Part shown: one piece after another, positions 83,010-97,972 of the stretch
Position numbering within the stretch: position 1 is the stretch's first letter
Layout of the letters: the number at the start of each line of letters is the position of its first letter
Origin: Wallemia ichthyophaga EXF-994
Lineage: Eukaryota > Fungi > Basidiomycota
DNA: 248,000 nt
Direction: 5' to 3'
Assembly (NCBI RefSeq): GCF_000400465.1
Contig: NW_008806285.1
Location: forward strand, 20,001-268,000
Notes under the pieces: model-generated
Seen by the model: only the letters and a program-made list of their open reading frames with translations
The model's database searches: none
What the model was told of the DNA's origin: nothing
Translations under genes and position numbers: made by a program

Positions 83010-84628
83010 TTACGCAGCTGCTGGTGGAGGAATAGAAGCACCTCTGTTATCAGGAATAGCAATGTTTGGGTTATGGTCTTTGAGCAGCTTACCACCGTAC
83101 ATAACGACGCCATTCTCGCGCTGGAATTCTTTGATTCTCTGCTCCATCTGTGGTCTGAAGTGTCTAACGAGACCTTGGATTGGCCACGCTGCGGCGTCAC
83201 CGAGTGCGCAGATGGTGTGACCTTCAATCTGCTTGGATAATTCAACCAACATGTCAATCTCCCTATTGGCAGCTTGGCCGTTCTCGAATCTGTTCATCAT
83301 GTTGTACATCCACGAAGTACCCTCTCTGCATGGTGTGCATTGTCCACATGACTCGTGTTTGTAGAACTTTGCGAATCTCGAAATAGCTTTGACCATATCG
83401 GTGGACTGATCCATGACGATGATTGCTCCAGTACCGAGGGATGTTTGAGCATCCTTGAGAGAGTCGAAATCCATGAGAACGTCGGTACAAACATCTCTTG
83501 GGATGACAGGCACAGATGCACCACCAGGTACTATGCCCTGGAGGTTCTGCCAACCGCCCTTGACACCACCGCAGTGTCTCTCGATGAGTTCCTTCAGGGG
83601 CACCGACATCTCTTCTTCGACGACACATGGGTTGTTGACGTGTCCAGAAATGGCAAACAATTTTGTACCTGAATTCCTGTCTCTGCCGAACGAGTCAAAC
83701 CAAGAAGGACCTCTTCTAACAATGGTTGGAACAACTGCCACTGTTTCTACATTTGCGACAGTGGTTGGACAACCGAAAACACCGACATCGGCAGGGAATG
83801 GAGGCTTAAGCCTTGGCTTACCCTGCTTGCCCTCGATAGATTCAATAAGCGCAGTCTCTTCACCGCAAATGTATGCACCGGCACCACGGTGGATGAAGAC
83901 GTCGAACTTGTAGCCAGAGCCGCAGGCGTTTTCACCTATCAAACCAGCTTTGTAAGCTTCGTCGATGGCTTGCTGGAGTCTGACGGCCTCGTGGTAAAAT
84001 TCACCACGGATGTATATGTAAGAAGCAGAGGCATTCATAGCTCTGCCGGCAACCAAACAGCCTTCAATGAGTTTGTGTGGGTCACCACGCATGATTTCTC
84101 TGTCCTTGCAGGTGCCTGGTTCACCTTCATCAGCGTTGACGACCAAGTAGCGAGGTCTGGAATCTTTATCCCAGCCAGGCTTGTTCATGAAGGACCATTT
84201 CAAGCCTGAAGGGAAACCAGCGCCACCTCTGCCTCGAAGTCCTGAGTCTTTAACGGCTTGGATAAGGTACTGGTCACCCTTCAAGACAATTTCCTTCGTC
84301 TTGTGCCAGTCACCACGACTCATTGCGCCTTTGAGGCTGAAGTCGTGGCGGTCGTACAAGTTAGTGAAGATTCTTGCGGGGAGTTAGAATGAGAGTGGGC
84401 AGCGTACAAGTACACATACCTATCTTGATCTATTGGAAAGCACGCGTCAGCCACCTACACATAATCCTCACGCCATTCTCACCTTTCAAACCGCCGTATC
84501 CTCTGCAACGCCACAGTGTAAGCGGGATAGAGATGCGGATAAAAGCGCACTAACCTAACTGGTGGCTCTGAAACCGATGCAAACGATCTCGCAGACCTTA
84601 GAACACTTTTTTGAACGCGGTTCAACAT
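83010..84628 (-). CDS. Complex I 51-kDa flavoprotein subunit (NDUFV1)
   Basis: [32 protein letters not shown]. Confidence 0.96.
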
Positions 84629-84813
84629 GGTGGTTTTGGTAGAAATAACGCACACAAAACAGCGTACACAACGCACGCACAAAGAAAAGTTTAAATAAAT
84701 AAATAAATACATAGCTGTGCATCCTCTGTGGCTTTCGCATCTCCAACTCTGCATATATCTCAAATCAGTTTCAGCCAGTCACAATTGAGATATTTGAAAT
84801 GAGGCCATGCAGG

Positions 84814-85806
84814 CTACTCCATCTCCTCAACCATCTTGGGTGCCTCTGCTTGGCCTACTTGTAGCTCGACATTGTCCAAAAAGTCATTGGCCACGAGGAA
84901 GCGTATCGTTTGTGAGAGGTAGCTTACACTCTGCCTAATCTCATCGTTGAACAGCTTCGCCATGAGATTTGGCTGCTCGAATTGATTTTTGTGCTTTGGT
85001 TTGCTGTCTGTGTGGTTTTTATGAAGGCGTGGCTGTGAGAGGAGATGGGAAGGCTTTGGTGGATGGGATGGAGGGATCTTTGAGGAGACACTTTCTGGTG
85101 CATCGTCAGCATCGTCAGCATCATTGGTAGCACCGTCGTTGTCGTCAGCCTCCTCTATGACACGTTTCTTTGGTATTTGAGACGGTTGAAATGCTTGAGA
85201 TGCTTTGTGATTAGAGCTCCCCTTCAAGCTACCACCGAACTTTGGATGTAGTGGTAGCTCTCCGCGCGCCTTTTTATCCTCCCGGACGCGTTCCTTCTCA
85301 GCGAGATTTGCTGCAGAAGGAAACCTACTCTTACGCTCAGCAATCCAGTCATTTATAGCCTCTGGAGTATCGAGCATGATATTTGTACCTTCGACGGGCA
85401 CGATAGGCTTCGCAGGCTTCGAAGCTCTCTTACGCTCCTCGTTCTCGAGGAAGCCGGGTGGATAAATGAGGTGTCTGTCCATCATGTGTAACTCTACTTG
85501 TTTCTTTGTACCCGAATGGGTACATTGGGTGCAGTGGTGTTGTTGCGGCTGTTGTGCTTGTGGCTGCTGCCGCTGCTTCTTTGGCTTGGACTGTCTACTT
85601 TGTCTACTTGGGCCAGCGTTTGCACCGGAAGCAGAAGGATAGAACTGCTGATTGTTCATGTAGCTGTAGTATCCAGCGTTGTATCCGCCGACGCTGGCTG
85701 TGTGTTGTGCGTGCTGTGCGTTTGCCTGCGCCTGAGCCTGCGCTTGCTGCTGCAAAAACCACCACTGATAATATGCGTTATAATATTCCTCGGAATTGGT
85801 GTCCAT
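84814..85806 (-). CDS. NUFIP1/Rsa1-like snoRNP assembly factor
   Basis: DRHLIYPPG, LDTPEAINDWIAERKSRFPS, LSQTIRFLVANDFL. Confidence 0.8.
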   Translation of the reverse strand: MDTNSEEYYNAYYQWWFLQQQAQAQAQANAQHAQHTASVGGYNAGYYSYMNNQQFYPSASGANAGPSRQSRQSKPKKQRQQPQAQQPQQHHCTQCTHSGTKKQVELHMMDRHLIYPPGFLENEERKRASKPAKPIVPVEGTNIMLDTPEAINDWIAERKSRFPSAANLAEKERVREDKKARGELPLHPKFGGSLKGSSNHKASQAFQPSQIPKKRVIEEADDNDGATNDADDADDAPESVSSKIPPSHPPKPSHLLSQPRLHKNHTDSKPKHKNQFEQPNLMAKLFNDEIRQSVSYLSQTIRFLVANDFLDNVELQVGQAEAPKMVEEME

Positions 85807-85871
85807 TTGATTTACTTAAACTTGTTCAAGGATACCGCCATCATCTCAAGCACAAATATTTAAATTCAAAG

Positions 85872-88800
85872 ATGAGATCTCTAACGCAGTTCTCGGAATA
85901 TTCAAACCACTCAAATCACCACAATCCACTGCGCCAGATTTCTTACTGCCCAGATTTGGATGTTACATTCGGGTGCTGTGAGAAGAAGGCGGAATTCACG
86001 CTGATTGGTTGGAGCGATTTGGGTGTTTGCAAGGTGTGTATCCGTTGTCCCATCTTTTCCCCCGCTCAGCCATCTCCCAGCATCTCGCAACCATCTCCCA
86101 TAGTCCATCTCCGACTCCGACCACCACCGACTCCCAGCTTATCTCGCTCGCTTATCTCCCGGATGCCCAATCCGTCTGCATTCTATCTCGGTCTGGTGAT
86201 ATCTCGCTGATCCGATTGGCTGATTTCGATTTGCACCAAGACTTGGAATATCCCGTCGAACACATTGGCACTGTCGAGCCAGGCATCACAGCAGCAAGCT
86301 ATAGCCCTGACGAAGAGCTTCTCGTCATCGTCACTCTCAACGACGACCTCCTCCTCCTCACCGCGAATGGCTACTTTGATGTCCTCGCAGAGTTGCCGCT
86401 CAGATCCAGCGACTTTGGCCAAGATAAGAATGTGAACGTTGGGTGGGGTTCCAAATCCACGCAATTCCACGGCCGCGCTGGTAAACAAGCCGCGACTCTG
86501 CCAGGTGGTCCATCACTTGTAACATCAGAGCAGACAGAGCACACCGAGCACACCCTCGACTCTCAGCCTAGAGTGTCTTGGAGAGGCGACTCAGCCTTTT
86601 TTGCTGTATCTACCCTCGACCTCCTCGACAAAGAAAGCGGTGATGGGCAGGTAGAAGCGCGCGTGATACGGACCTATAGCCGCGCATCAGCCGAGTTGCA
86701 ATCTACCTCTGAATTCGCTCCTGGGCTACTGCATCCTCTAGCCTGGCGCAAGGGGCCTGGCGCTCCGACGATGGCGTCCGTGATGCGATATGGACAGTCT
86801 CCAGGCTGTGCCGAGGGCTATGAGCATCTTGATATTGTTTTCTTCGAGCGCAACGGCCTCAGACATGGCGAGTTTACCTTAAAGGGTATCGTGCAGGGTG
86901 CGTTGGAGGGAAAGAAAGATGTGCGCGTCAAGGAACTCGAGTGGTCCTGCGACGGAGTCGTCCTGGCGGTGTGGCTGTCCATCGATAACGAGGATGTCGT
87001 CCAGCTGTATAGCTCTGCCAACTGGTACTGGTATCTCAAGAGCGAGGTGCCTCTCCGCAGCGCTGGAAATACAAACAGTGTACAGGCGCTCTCCTTCTCC
87101 GACGAATCCCCTCTCAACCTTTCCATAATCCTCGCCGATTCCTACAGGAATTTGGAATGGTCATGGACAGTGTACAGCTCGCCCAACGATAGGCACGACC
87201 TCGGTTTGGTGGGAGTGGTTGATGGACATCACACCAAATTCACTCCACTCGGAATCGCCAATGTCCCACCACCTATGTCACTCTATCAGGTGCAAACAAA
87301 CGGCACACCCGTCCACGTGGCATTCGCACACTCGTCACTGGCCTTCCTCCTCCCAGGCGGCAGGGTAGAGGTGTGGCGGTACGAGCCTGCAAATGGCCAC
87401 GCTAGACCTACACACCAGAGCACTCACCAGACAGACGCACATGCGCGCCAGATCGCGTGGGTGGACGAGCACACGCTCGCTGTCGCCGGCGGTGAGCTGG
87501 GCGTGGTGGATGTGAGTGTGGATTCGAAGGAGGGTGTTTACACACGCACTAGTGTGCACAGCGAGGCAGTACCATTGCATCGGTCCCTACTCGTGCCTGG
87601 CCTGTCTGACACTGCTCTTTTGCAGGATGCAAATGCGCGTCTGCACACCCTTACCCTCACCCCCACCCCTACTCTCGCGGAACTAGATGTGGAGCTCGGA
87701 GTGTTCTGCCCGCACGTCAGCTACCACGGCGGCACAGAGCGCGTCGTCGCGCTATCCCCCACGGGCAAACTGTCTATGGGAAGTGTAGACGGTGTGCGAA
87801 TGACCCCACTCGCCACTAACGCCCTCTCGTACACACTCACGCCCGATTTCCTTATAGGCACCACGAGTGCGCACAAGGCCATATTCGTCGACTTGCACAG
87901 CGCGAGTGAGGCAGGCGGTGGTGTTGAGGAGAGGAGAGTAGAGAGAGGGTCGCGCGTAGTGTTAGCGTGTCCACGTGCAATGCGGCTCGTGTTGCAGATG
88001 CCTCGTGGCAATCTCGAGACTATCGCTCCGCGTCCGCTAGTCCTTCAGAACGTGCGGCGCGATGTTGAGGCGGGCCGGTATGGCGATGCGTTTGTGGCAT
88101 GTCGGAAACATCGTGTGGATATGAACATCCTCTTCGATTTGCAGCCTTCCCTCTTCTTCGACAGGCTTGCGGCGTTTGTGGACCAGATCAAGCACCAGGA
88201 TCACCTCAATCTCTTCCTGACGGCGTTGCGGGATGAGGACCTCACTCTGACGCAGTATGCGAAGCAGGAGCAGGAGCAGGAAAAGGGAGAAGTGGATGTG
88301 GGCGATAAGAGGTGGGTGGTATATCTTTCTTACATCTTGAAATAGATAGACTGACACAATATTATACAGCACACACGCACCCCACCGCCCTAACAAAGTG
88401 AACGAAATCTGCACGGCAGTGCGAGGAGAGCTGCTCAAGCGGGATTTAGTGGCGTACACGCAGACGATTATGACATCCTACGTCCGCATGACACCGCCAA
88501 ATGTCGAAGCTGCGCTCAATCTGCTGCACGAGCTGCAGAAGCAGAAGGTGAGGCGGGAGGTGGAGATGGAAGTGGAGCTGGGAGATAACTCTGGTGACAG
88601 CGTCCACGATAACTCAGACCTAACCGATCTGGTTGAGGAGGGAGTCAAGTATATAATCTTCCTCGTCGATTCGCGCACCTTATTCGACTGTGCACTTGGC
88701 ATGTATGACTTCGAACTAGTGTTGATGGTGGCGCAGCATTCTCAGCGCGATCCTAAGGAGTATCTTCCCTTCTTGCGCCATCTGCAGGGTATGGGTGAGG

Positions 88801-90047
88801 CTGAGCAGCGGTTCCACATCGATGACCACCTCGGCCGGCACGTGCGTGCAATGGGGCATGTGTACGCGCTATACAGGAGTATGAGCGATACAGACAACGA
88901 GAAAGAGAAAGAAGCGGCATTGTCGACATTCATCACGTACGCACAAGACCACTCGCTTTACAAAGAGGCGCTTTCGCTTAGCAAGGAGGATAGCACAGCG
89001 CATAGGGTGGTGCTGGAGGTATATGGGGACCATCTAACGACGCAAAACGAGTATCGGGATGCAGCCCTCGCGTATCGACTTGCTGACCTGCGCGAGAAGG
89101 CCTTGGGAGCTTATGACCGGGCACACGCGTGGCAGGAGTTGTTTGCGATGATGATGGAGTATGGTAGCACCTCAGACGAGCTCGCCGACGTTGCTTACCG
89201 TATTGCCGAAGATCTCAACCAGCGTCGTCGGTTTAGCGAAGCGGGTCGTGTGCTGTGCGATTATACAGACGATACACGTGCTGCCGCCGATCAGTATATC
89301 AAGGGTGGGGAGTATGCGGAGGCGGTGCGCGTGTGTGTGTTGAAGAAGCACTTGAACCTCATCAACACTTTCATCAAGCCATCTCTCATTAATGCGCACG
89401 AAACGGCCATGGACGAGGCGGAGGAGATGGACGGTCAACTCACCAAACAGATGGAGAGACTGGGCGAGTTGCGTATGGCGAAGAAAGCCCAGCCTGAGGC
89501 TTTCTACATGGAGGAACAGCTCGAGAACAACCCCGCATTGGATAATGTGGATGTGGCTTCGGATGCTACGACGGCAGTGACGCAATTCACGCGTTACACT
89601 CAACGAGCTTCGACATTTGCAAGCAGCGCGATGACGGGAGCTTCCAAGAAGAACAGCAAGAAGAGCAAGAGAAAGGCTGCGATGAAGGAAGCGAGTGGGA
89701 AGAGAGGGACAGTTAACGAGGAGGTGTACATCATGGCAAGTCTAAAGAGATTAGTTGAGCGTGTGGAGGGAGTGCTCAAAGAGGCAGGTGGATTGCTGGG
89801 ATATCTGTTGATTTACGGGTACGTAGAGGAGCACAGAACGCTAAAAGAAAGACTGGGGGATTTGGAGGAGAGGATAGAGGGAGCAGTGGGGGAGACTTGG
89901 AGGGAGAGTGCGGATGACACGGCTATTCCTAACAACATACCAGACACAGAGAGGATGGTGTGGGAGAGAGTGTCTAGCGAGTTGAGTAGAAAGTACACGC
90001 AGCCTAGTAAACCAGAGAATAAGAGAATAAATTGGAGAAGATTGTAA
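85872..90047 (+). CDS. ELP1: Elongator subunit 1
   Basis: VGWGSKSTQFHG, SWRGDS, LQMPRGNLE, SQRDPKEYLP. Confidence 0.93.
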
Positions 90048-90113
90048 ATAATTTTTAGATAGAAATTCACTGGGAATGCACACACTGAGGAAGGGTTAAG
90101 AAGACACCTCACA

Positions 90114-91850
90114 ATGAGCCTGAAAATACCAAAATCACAGGGAATAGACTTGTTTAAGCCAGGTGGCAAGCAGCTTTCTGGAATAGAAGATGCGGTAATT
90201 AGAAATATTCAGGCAGTCAATGAGCTATCAGAGATCGTTAGGACTTCATTTGGACCAAATGGTGGGGAGGTATGGGATATAATATACATAGGCTAATGCT
90301 ATACAGGAAAGAACAAGCTGATAATCAACCACCTCGACAGGCTATTCGTTACAAACGACGCAGCTACGATTGTCGAGGAATTGGAAGTTGTTCACCCAGC
90401 AGCGAAATTAATCGTGATGGCATCTCACCAGCAGGAGCAGGAGGTAATTGTACTGGTACATGACCTATATCACCCTAACACTCCTCAGGTCGGCGATGGA
90501 TCAAACCTGGTACTCATCTTAGCAGGTGAATTACTCAAGAAAGCTGAGAATTTATTGATAATGGGATTGCATCCTTCTGAGATTGTTCAGGGATACGAGT
90601 TGGCTAGAAATAAAGCACTTGAATCCCTCTCAGATCTCTCAAATGGAAACCTGGCTCTCCCACCCACAAAGCAATCCTTAGCAACCTCCATAAAGACTTC
90701 CCTTGGCTCGAAACAATTCGGTAACGAAGACTTCCTCGCTGATTTGGTCTCAGATGCTGTCTCAACCGTCATGCCCAAAGATTTCTCCCAATTCAATATC
90801 GATAACGTTAGAGTCGTTAAGATTATGGGCGGTAACCTCTACGAATCACGCGTTCTTAGAGGTATGGTCTTTGGTAGACAGCCAGAAGGCGTTGCACGCA
90901 ACGCAACCAAAGCAAAGGTCGCCGTTTTCACGTCAGGCATTGACATATCTCAAACCGAGACTAAGGGCACCGTTCTCCTCAAGAACGCTGATGAAATGAT
91001 GAACTTTACAAGAGGCGAAGAGCAACAAATTGAAAAGGTCTTGAAGGAAATCGCTGACTCTGGCGTCAAAGTTGTCGTTGCTGGCTCTCAAGTTGGTGAT
91101 CTCGCCTTACACTACTTGAACAGACTTGATATCGTCGTTATCAAGGTTCTCTCCAAATTTGAGCTCAGAAGACTATGTAGAGTCGTCGGTGCTACCCCAT
91201 TAGCTAGACTTGGCGCTCCTACCGCTGAAGAAGCTGGTTATGTTGATGTTTTGGAAACTACTGAAATCGGTGGGGATAGAGTTACCGTCTTTAGACAGGA
91301 CAATGATCAACTCACTCGCACTTCAACTATCGTCTTGCGTGGTGCTACTGCTAATCACCTCGACGATATTGAGAGGGCTATTGACGATGGTGTCAACATT
91401 ATCAAAACCTTACTCACTAAGGATAACAGATTCATTGCTGGTGCTGGTGGCTCTGAGATGGAATTATCCAAGATCATCGAAGATTTTGGTGATAAAACTC
91501 CCGGCCTCAACCAACACGCTATCAAGAAATTCGCTGAAGCACTCCAGATTGTTCCAATCACCTTGTCTGACAACGCAGGTCTCAACTCAACTGAAATTTT
91601 AGCCAAGCTTCTCTCGGCTCACTCAACAGATAAAGGTAGAGATTTTGGTATTGACATTGATGCTGTATCTGATGAAGGTATAATAAACACACTCCAACAC
91701 GGTATAAAGGACAGTTTGGCTTCCAAGTGGTGGTCAATCAAGTATGCCGTTGAATCTGCTATCGCTGTACTTAGAGTGGACAGTATCATCATGTCGAAAG
91801 CTGCTGGTTTGGCTCCACCTCAACAACAAGGACACTGGGATGATGATTAG
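90114..91850 (+). CDS. CCT8: Chaperonin CCT theta
   Basis: RTSFGPNG, QVGDGSN, VLRVDSIIMSKAAG. Confidence 0.94.
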
Positions 91851-91902
91851 ATTATCAAAAAGTTTTATTGTGAATTCTTTAATAAATATTGTTTCTTTTA
91901 GT

Positions 91903-93105
91903 CTAAAAAGTACAATAAACCAAAGCGAATGTGAGTGTGGCCATAAGTGTGAAAGGTGATGAAACGTGGAGAGATAACCCGCCGCTGCTTGCCTTGTATG
92001 GCTCAGAAGTTGGATGGAATGATGCTTGTCCGAGTGATGTTGCATTGCCTTCACTCATTGTGTACTTCCAGCTCACATCGTCTGGTCCTACATTGGTTGG
92101 AGAGTCAGCGCACTTGATTGATACCGATTGAATCGTAGCCTTGAATGGACCTGATAGACATTTCATTAGCGAAGCAATCAGTTTGGAGAGTTACCTACCT
92201 TCATCCCAGTGAATAGCTCCACCGCCCCACTCATAGCTTCCCGGTGACACATCCTCAATCCCAGATGGCCAGACTGAAAATTGTAATCTCGAAGGTGAAG
92301 CTGGGTAGTGTGGCACCTTATCCCATCCCATAGTGTCAGCTTTATTGAGTGTTCGCACTACAACACCATCAATCTTCCACTCGAGTTTTTCTTCCGTCCA
92401 ATTTAAACCAAAGTCATGGAACCGCTCATCAGGATGAGGGAAGTCGTGAGTATCGCCCTTGGTGTAATCTGTTTCACCTTGGAAATAGTAATTGGACTGG
92501 CCTTCTCCAGTTTTTGCACCAACAAACTCCCAATCGATCTCATCATGAATGTCAGACATTAAGATCATAGTAGAAATAACGCCCTGGTTTCCTGTAACTT
92601 TCATTCTAGCGTTAAACTCTCCGTAAAGCATGTATCTTGTTGAGCTCAATTTCGTACCCTTATTATCCTCTGTCATTATCATTGTCAACATGTTATCTTC
92701 TCTAGCTATATCTCCTTTGTCGAGAGTGAAATCGTATTCATCTGCTTCTCCATGGTATTCATCTGGATTCTGCATAATACCCTTCCAAGCAAGTCTATCA
92801 AATGCGTTGATATTGAGATTCTTACACATGGGTACGTTCTCGCAAGCGTCTTGAGCAGATACGCGTGGATCACACCCAAAGCGACAGTGTGCATTAGTGT
92901 CACCGCAATGACCAAATTCTGTAGTGCGTTGCAATCAGCTAAAATACGCACAATCACAACACCCCCACTCACCTGAGCAACACGGTATATCAGTTGGACA
93001 GGTCAGACCTGTAGCTGCACTGCAACTACCACCATTGGCTGCTGCCGTCGTTGCTGCGAGTGCAAATAGAGCTCCTAATGAAAATGCGCGTTTAGCGTTG
93101 TACAT
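91903..93105 (-). CDS. GH16 Crh/Utr2-type transglycosylase
   Basis: CBM18-like Cys, DEIDWEFVG, PSRLQFSVW. Confidence 0.85.
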
Positions 93106-93549
93106 ATTCCGCTTATGTCTGGTTGAGTTGATTTAATGAGCGTGGATTGTTTTGTTTGTGCAAGTAAACCCTTGATATATAGATATTATTCAAAAGCCTT
93201 TAGTCTGCCGCGTATGAGCCTATATTCATACCGAAGCTAATATTCGTGCACGGGCGTGCCGAGGTCATAGATGAACTGACTGCATTGGGTTGGTCATTAT
93301 TGCATCTCATTCAACTCTTTACTCCTCCTGCTTATGCCCACGGGAGTGATGGTCAATGTCAGGTCAAAGTCGCACAATCTCCACGCAAAGTGTCAAGTAC
93401 AAAGTTCTTTATTAGAATCACAAAATAACATATATTATAATTATAAAGTTTGTTTGTATATTGGGCTACAGAAGTCAACCCTACCGCACAGATTGCAGAC
93501 TGTTACATCTCACAATCCATAAGCAGCGGGTCCGGCTTTTCTCAGCTCA

Positions 93550-96500
93550 TCTTTTATCTCTGACTGGACACATACCGATGCTCAATCAATTTGAGCTCAG
93601 TCGCAATTCTTTTCCTCAAGGGTGGATTTGCCGGTCTAAGTCATTTTTGTTTGAGAAGTAAATGTTGCGAATTTGTAGTACAAGTACACCGAAAAAATTT
93701 AATCCAAGTTCATTATTCCTTGCTTGGAGATCCAGTTCATGATTTCTTACTAAGAAGATCTTTGCCAACTCCCAGCGATCGCTTGCCTATGTTCGAAGCT
93801 AATGAGAGTACGCCCACAGAATCGTGAATCTCGCCATCTGATATATTCTCAGATGTCAGCGTCCAATCGTCATCGTTGTCATCAGTATCGTGATTTTCCA
93901 TGTTACTGTCGTCTTGTATGTCGTCGTGTTCTTTCGCTCTTGCTGTAACCACTGTCTGAGCGTAGTCCATATATCTGTATAAACATTTGATAGCTGTACC
94001 CTGAAGATTTATTAGCTAAAAAAATATACACCCAGGCGATATACCTACTACGCCATCTTCCTTTCTTATCTTCTCACCCACAGTCTTAGCATTCGCGATT
94101 TGCTTCTTGTCCGTGGTTGCATCCTTGAGAGCTTTAGACAGTGTGTCTACTGTAAGCTTGCGAACACTCGCGCCCAGATTCGCAGCCTCGACTCTATCAG
94201 CATTGAAGAACTGGTCACCAAAGAACGGCTTAATGACCGTTGGAAGTCCTGCTCTTAAACTGGCGCCTGTCGTACCACTACCGCCATGGTGTACAGCTGC
94301 ATCTATCAGCGGGAAAAGCTTGGCATGGTCGACTGTATTAATTGAGAAGATACATTTTGGTAGCTGAGGTTCTTCTTTCTTCTTGTCAGTGTGCATTCGA
94401 TCCGACCATCCTTTCGAAAGAATGGCATAGACGCCAGCGTTTTCAATAGCCTCCACTACAATTCTTGTCATCTCGTCCGGATCACTAACAACAATCGAGC
94501 CAAAACCAATATAGACTACCTTCTTACACAGTCTTCGACCTTCATCTACGAACTCGAGCATATCTTGGTGATCCTCCGATTCCAATCCCTTCCTGTTTTC
94601 TTCATTGTTTGTATTGAATGAGTCCATAAACCAGTAACCAGTGACATGGATCCACTCATTCCAATCAAGCGGCTTGGGTACTAGTGTTGGAGAGAAGCAG
94701 TACAAGAATGGAACCTTATGCTGTGCCAATCTTTGCAAATTCGTACCTTTCAGCCCCAGTGTCGATCTTCTCCATCTATTAATTTGTCCGGAGATAGCTC
94801 GCCAAAAGACCTGATCAAATATCGTGTAAGTCATCCAATTGTATGATCCACCCATTCGATGCTCGGGTACAGCGAACGCATGTGGATAAGCTCTTGTTCT
94901 TGTCCATGTCATAGTGAATGCTCTAAAGTATGGTATCTTGAGAGCTTCAGCTATGTGTATTCCAGCCATAGCTGACGGTGACTCAATCAGTACGTCTGTC
95001 TCCTGACAAGCCTCCCATGATCGTCTCAGTAGCTCGTCAAGCCAGTTTCTGAACTTGGATAGACCTTCCTTTAAAAATGCCAGCGTAAATGTACCATTCT
95101 CAACACAGATTTGCATAAGCTCGGCAGGATCTCCACCCACTTCCCTATGCTCAATACCAGATCCTTCGACCCATTCTTTGTATTCTCCATGCGTCGCTAT
95201 TCTGCATTCGTGTCCCTCTTTGATTAGTCCCTTGCACAACGCTATGTACGGTTGCACGTCACCTCTACTACCGATCGTGAGACATGTAATACGGAGCCGC
95301 TTAGTTGGCTGAAACGAGACTACAGATGTTGATGCTGATAAGCCATCTTCATCGGGCACAGGCGCCGTCTGTGATGGGCGTCTGTATGACAGCGAGAGAT
95401 CCTCGATGATTTGAGCTTCTTTAAGACCTTTTGAAGATTGAGTGTGTCGAAGAGCTGGATTCTTTACAAGCCTATCGAGCTGCGTGGAGAGTAGCTTCTC
95501 GCATGCGTCACGACGGTTAGCGGTGGTGAATTCAATGAAGAGTTCCTCGTGACCTGGACGTGATTAAGTATTCTGCTAACAAACGACAAAAGATTACTCA
95601 CGATGTATAATCATGATGAGACCATGGAACGAGAAACGAAGAGGTTTGTGAGGTTGAACAGCTTGTAAATCACTTAATGGTAATATCATCTAAAATATCT
95701 CAGTTTGTCAATTTTACTCCGTATCTGACCCACCTTTGTCTTGCCTAGCATCTGTAATGATCTAAAGCAGAGATAATTGTCCGTGATGTAAACTTTACCA
95801 GGCACAGGATACATTCTAAACAAGGCACAATTGAAATGACCAAGTATCCTTTCCTCGGATAAAGCAAAGAAAGCGTTGAATTTTTGCTGGATATCTTCCT
95901 CGGCTCGAAGCACATCCTCCGTGCCTTCGCTGTGCTCCAAAACAGAGAAATCGCTACCAACATCTTCAAACTCATCATCAGACTCAGCAGAATTACTTCT
96001 AGATCTCGACCTTTGAGCGCTCCTATTCGAAGGTTCTTCATATGTTTCGCATACTCTACTATTGGTTCTCATTAAAGTACCGCTGATAGCTGGATTAGGC
96101 AAAGGTCGCTGAGGTTGTTGGAGCTGTTGGGGCTGTTGAGGTTGTTGACGTTGCTTATTACTATTGCTATTAGCGTCATTGTTATTATTGTTATTTAGAA
96201 ATGGTAAATTCGGTAATTTAGGTAAGATGGTCGATAAGTGTGGGTGTGGAATCATGCGTGGAGCACTGTATACCGCTTTACCAACTTTCAAGCTACCAGA
96301 TTTGATCCATGAAGGAATTTCAGAGGTTAATGACCGACTTCTATCGCGGTTGCGGTTATGTGGCGGATAAGTATGATCGCTCTGTGCGCTAGACGCCGGT
96401 CTCGCTGTCATTTCAGATCCTTCAAGGACCTCTCCTTTCATCTTGGATGGAGATTCTGTCAAAGTCTCATTAGACAATATGCGATGGACATTCTGTCTAT

Positions 96501-97599
96501 ACGAATCTAATATCTGACGCAATGTGTTACTGGCAAATTGACTGTCTTTAAAGTGATCAAAGTAGTAGCAATCTGCACCATCCTCGTTATTTATGTAGCT
96601 GACCGCTACGCTATCAGCGAATTCCAGATTAGACGATCTTTCAACGTTGATTATGTGGTCATATGGAACGACAAGCTTGGACTTTGTTAGTGTTGAAGAG
96701 TGGAACCGCTATACCCACCTTGAATGATCCAGACTCGTTCTGTGATCTAAAGATACCCTTTCTAATCATCTTGACCCACTCATTTCTACCAACCTTGGAA
96801 TCAGCCACGAAGTTAAATTTGCGTTCAGAAGTGACGACAACGAATTCCCTATCACTATTCTTGACAGTGACGCTGCTGATAGCGTACCTGAGCGCTATGT
96901 TGCCGACTGGGAAATAAGGGTCCGTTTCGCTGCCGAACCAGCTCAATACGTCATTTTTCAGGGTAAGCCAGTATCTGATAACACGTCTCGTCCTGAGGGT
97001 GCGTTTACTGATTGGGCCATTTTTAACGAGACTATCCCTCGCAGGTGAGGGGACGTGTGCAAAGAAACACAAGAAGGAGTCTGTTGAATATAAGAAACCT
97101 TCTAGCAGTGGTCTGTAGCTTGATCCGAGGAGAGAGGATCTAAACTCTGCGTGAATTTCCTCTTCACCCTCCAAATTGAAGATCTCTGCCAGCTTCTTTG
97201 ACAATGTTCTGCGTCTCTGTGTGGACTTTTTCTTCAATGACTGTGATTTGCTCTTAAGTGCAGTGTCGTCGGAGCTATCAGAGCTATCAGAATCCTCTTT
97301 TTCAGATTCGTGAGGGGTACCTGTCACAGGTGTGGAAGTAGACGATTCAGCTTCTTGATGTTGTGTGTCGTTATGTACTGTGTTCAGTGAGGAGTAATGG
97401 TCTATTTGACGGAGTTAGACTGATTTTCATTTACAACGCCCGACTTACTTAGCACGCTATTGTTTTGTGCTTTATCCTCGAGTACCTCCTCATCATCATC
97501 GTCATTGCTATCATCATCAGCATGGCGGGCGAATGCCTGTATGACCTGTATGAGGGACTGTGTGCCCAAACGCATCTTTTTGCCATTAGAGATTGCCAT
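93550..97599 (-). CDS. ATG26: Sterol 3-beta-glucosyltransferase (PH/GRAM/GT28)
   Basis: TIGSRGDVQPY, HHGGSGTTGASLRAGLP, GRAM and PH exons. Confidence 0.92.
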
Positions 97600-97972
97600 A
97601 GTGCCAGTCGCCGTTAACTTACATTAGTATCACCACGCCAGCTTTTAGACGGCGTCAAAAAAGCCGAAGACGTTCCTTGCTGTGCTGAAAGTTCATTTGG
97701 GGAGGCTGTGGTATGTAATTAGCCCAACTTAATTATTCGCAGTATCCACACACTCGTTTGGAAGTATCCCTCGTTCTTGTCCTGCTCGTGGGGAACCTGG
97801 CGATCCTGACATTCCTGGTGATTGTGGCGTTCCTGATCCGTGCTAATGGACTGCGAATTGCTGGTTTCGGCCGTAGGCTGACTCATTTCTGCCGCCCCCT
97901 GCTTTTGCTCAGTTTCAGTCATAGTATTGGGGAAACAAGGAAATGGATGGAAAACAAGTAGTTACAAATATG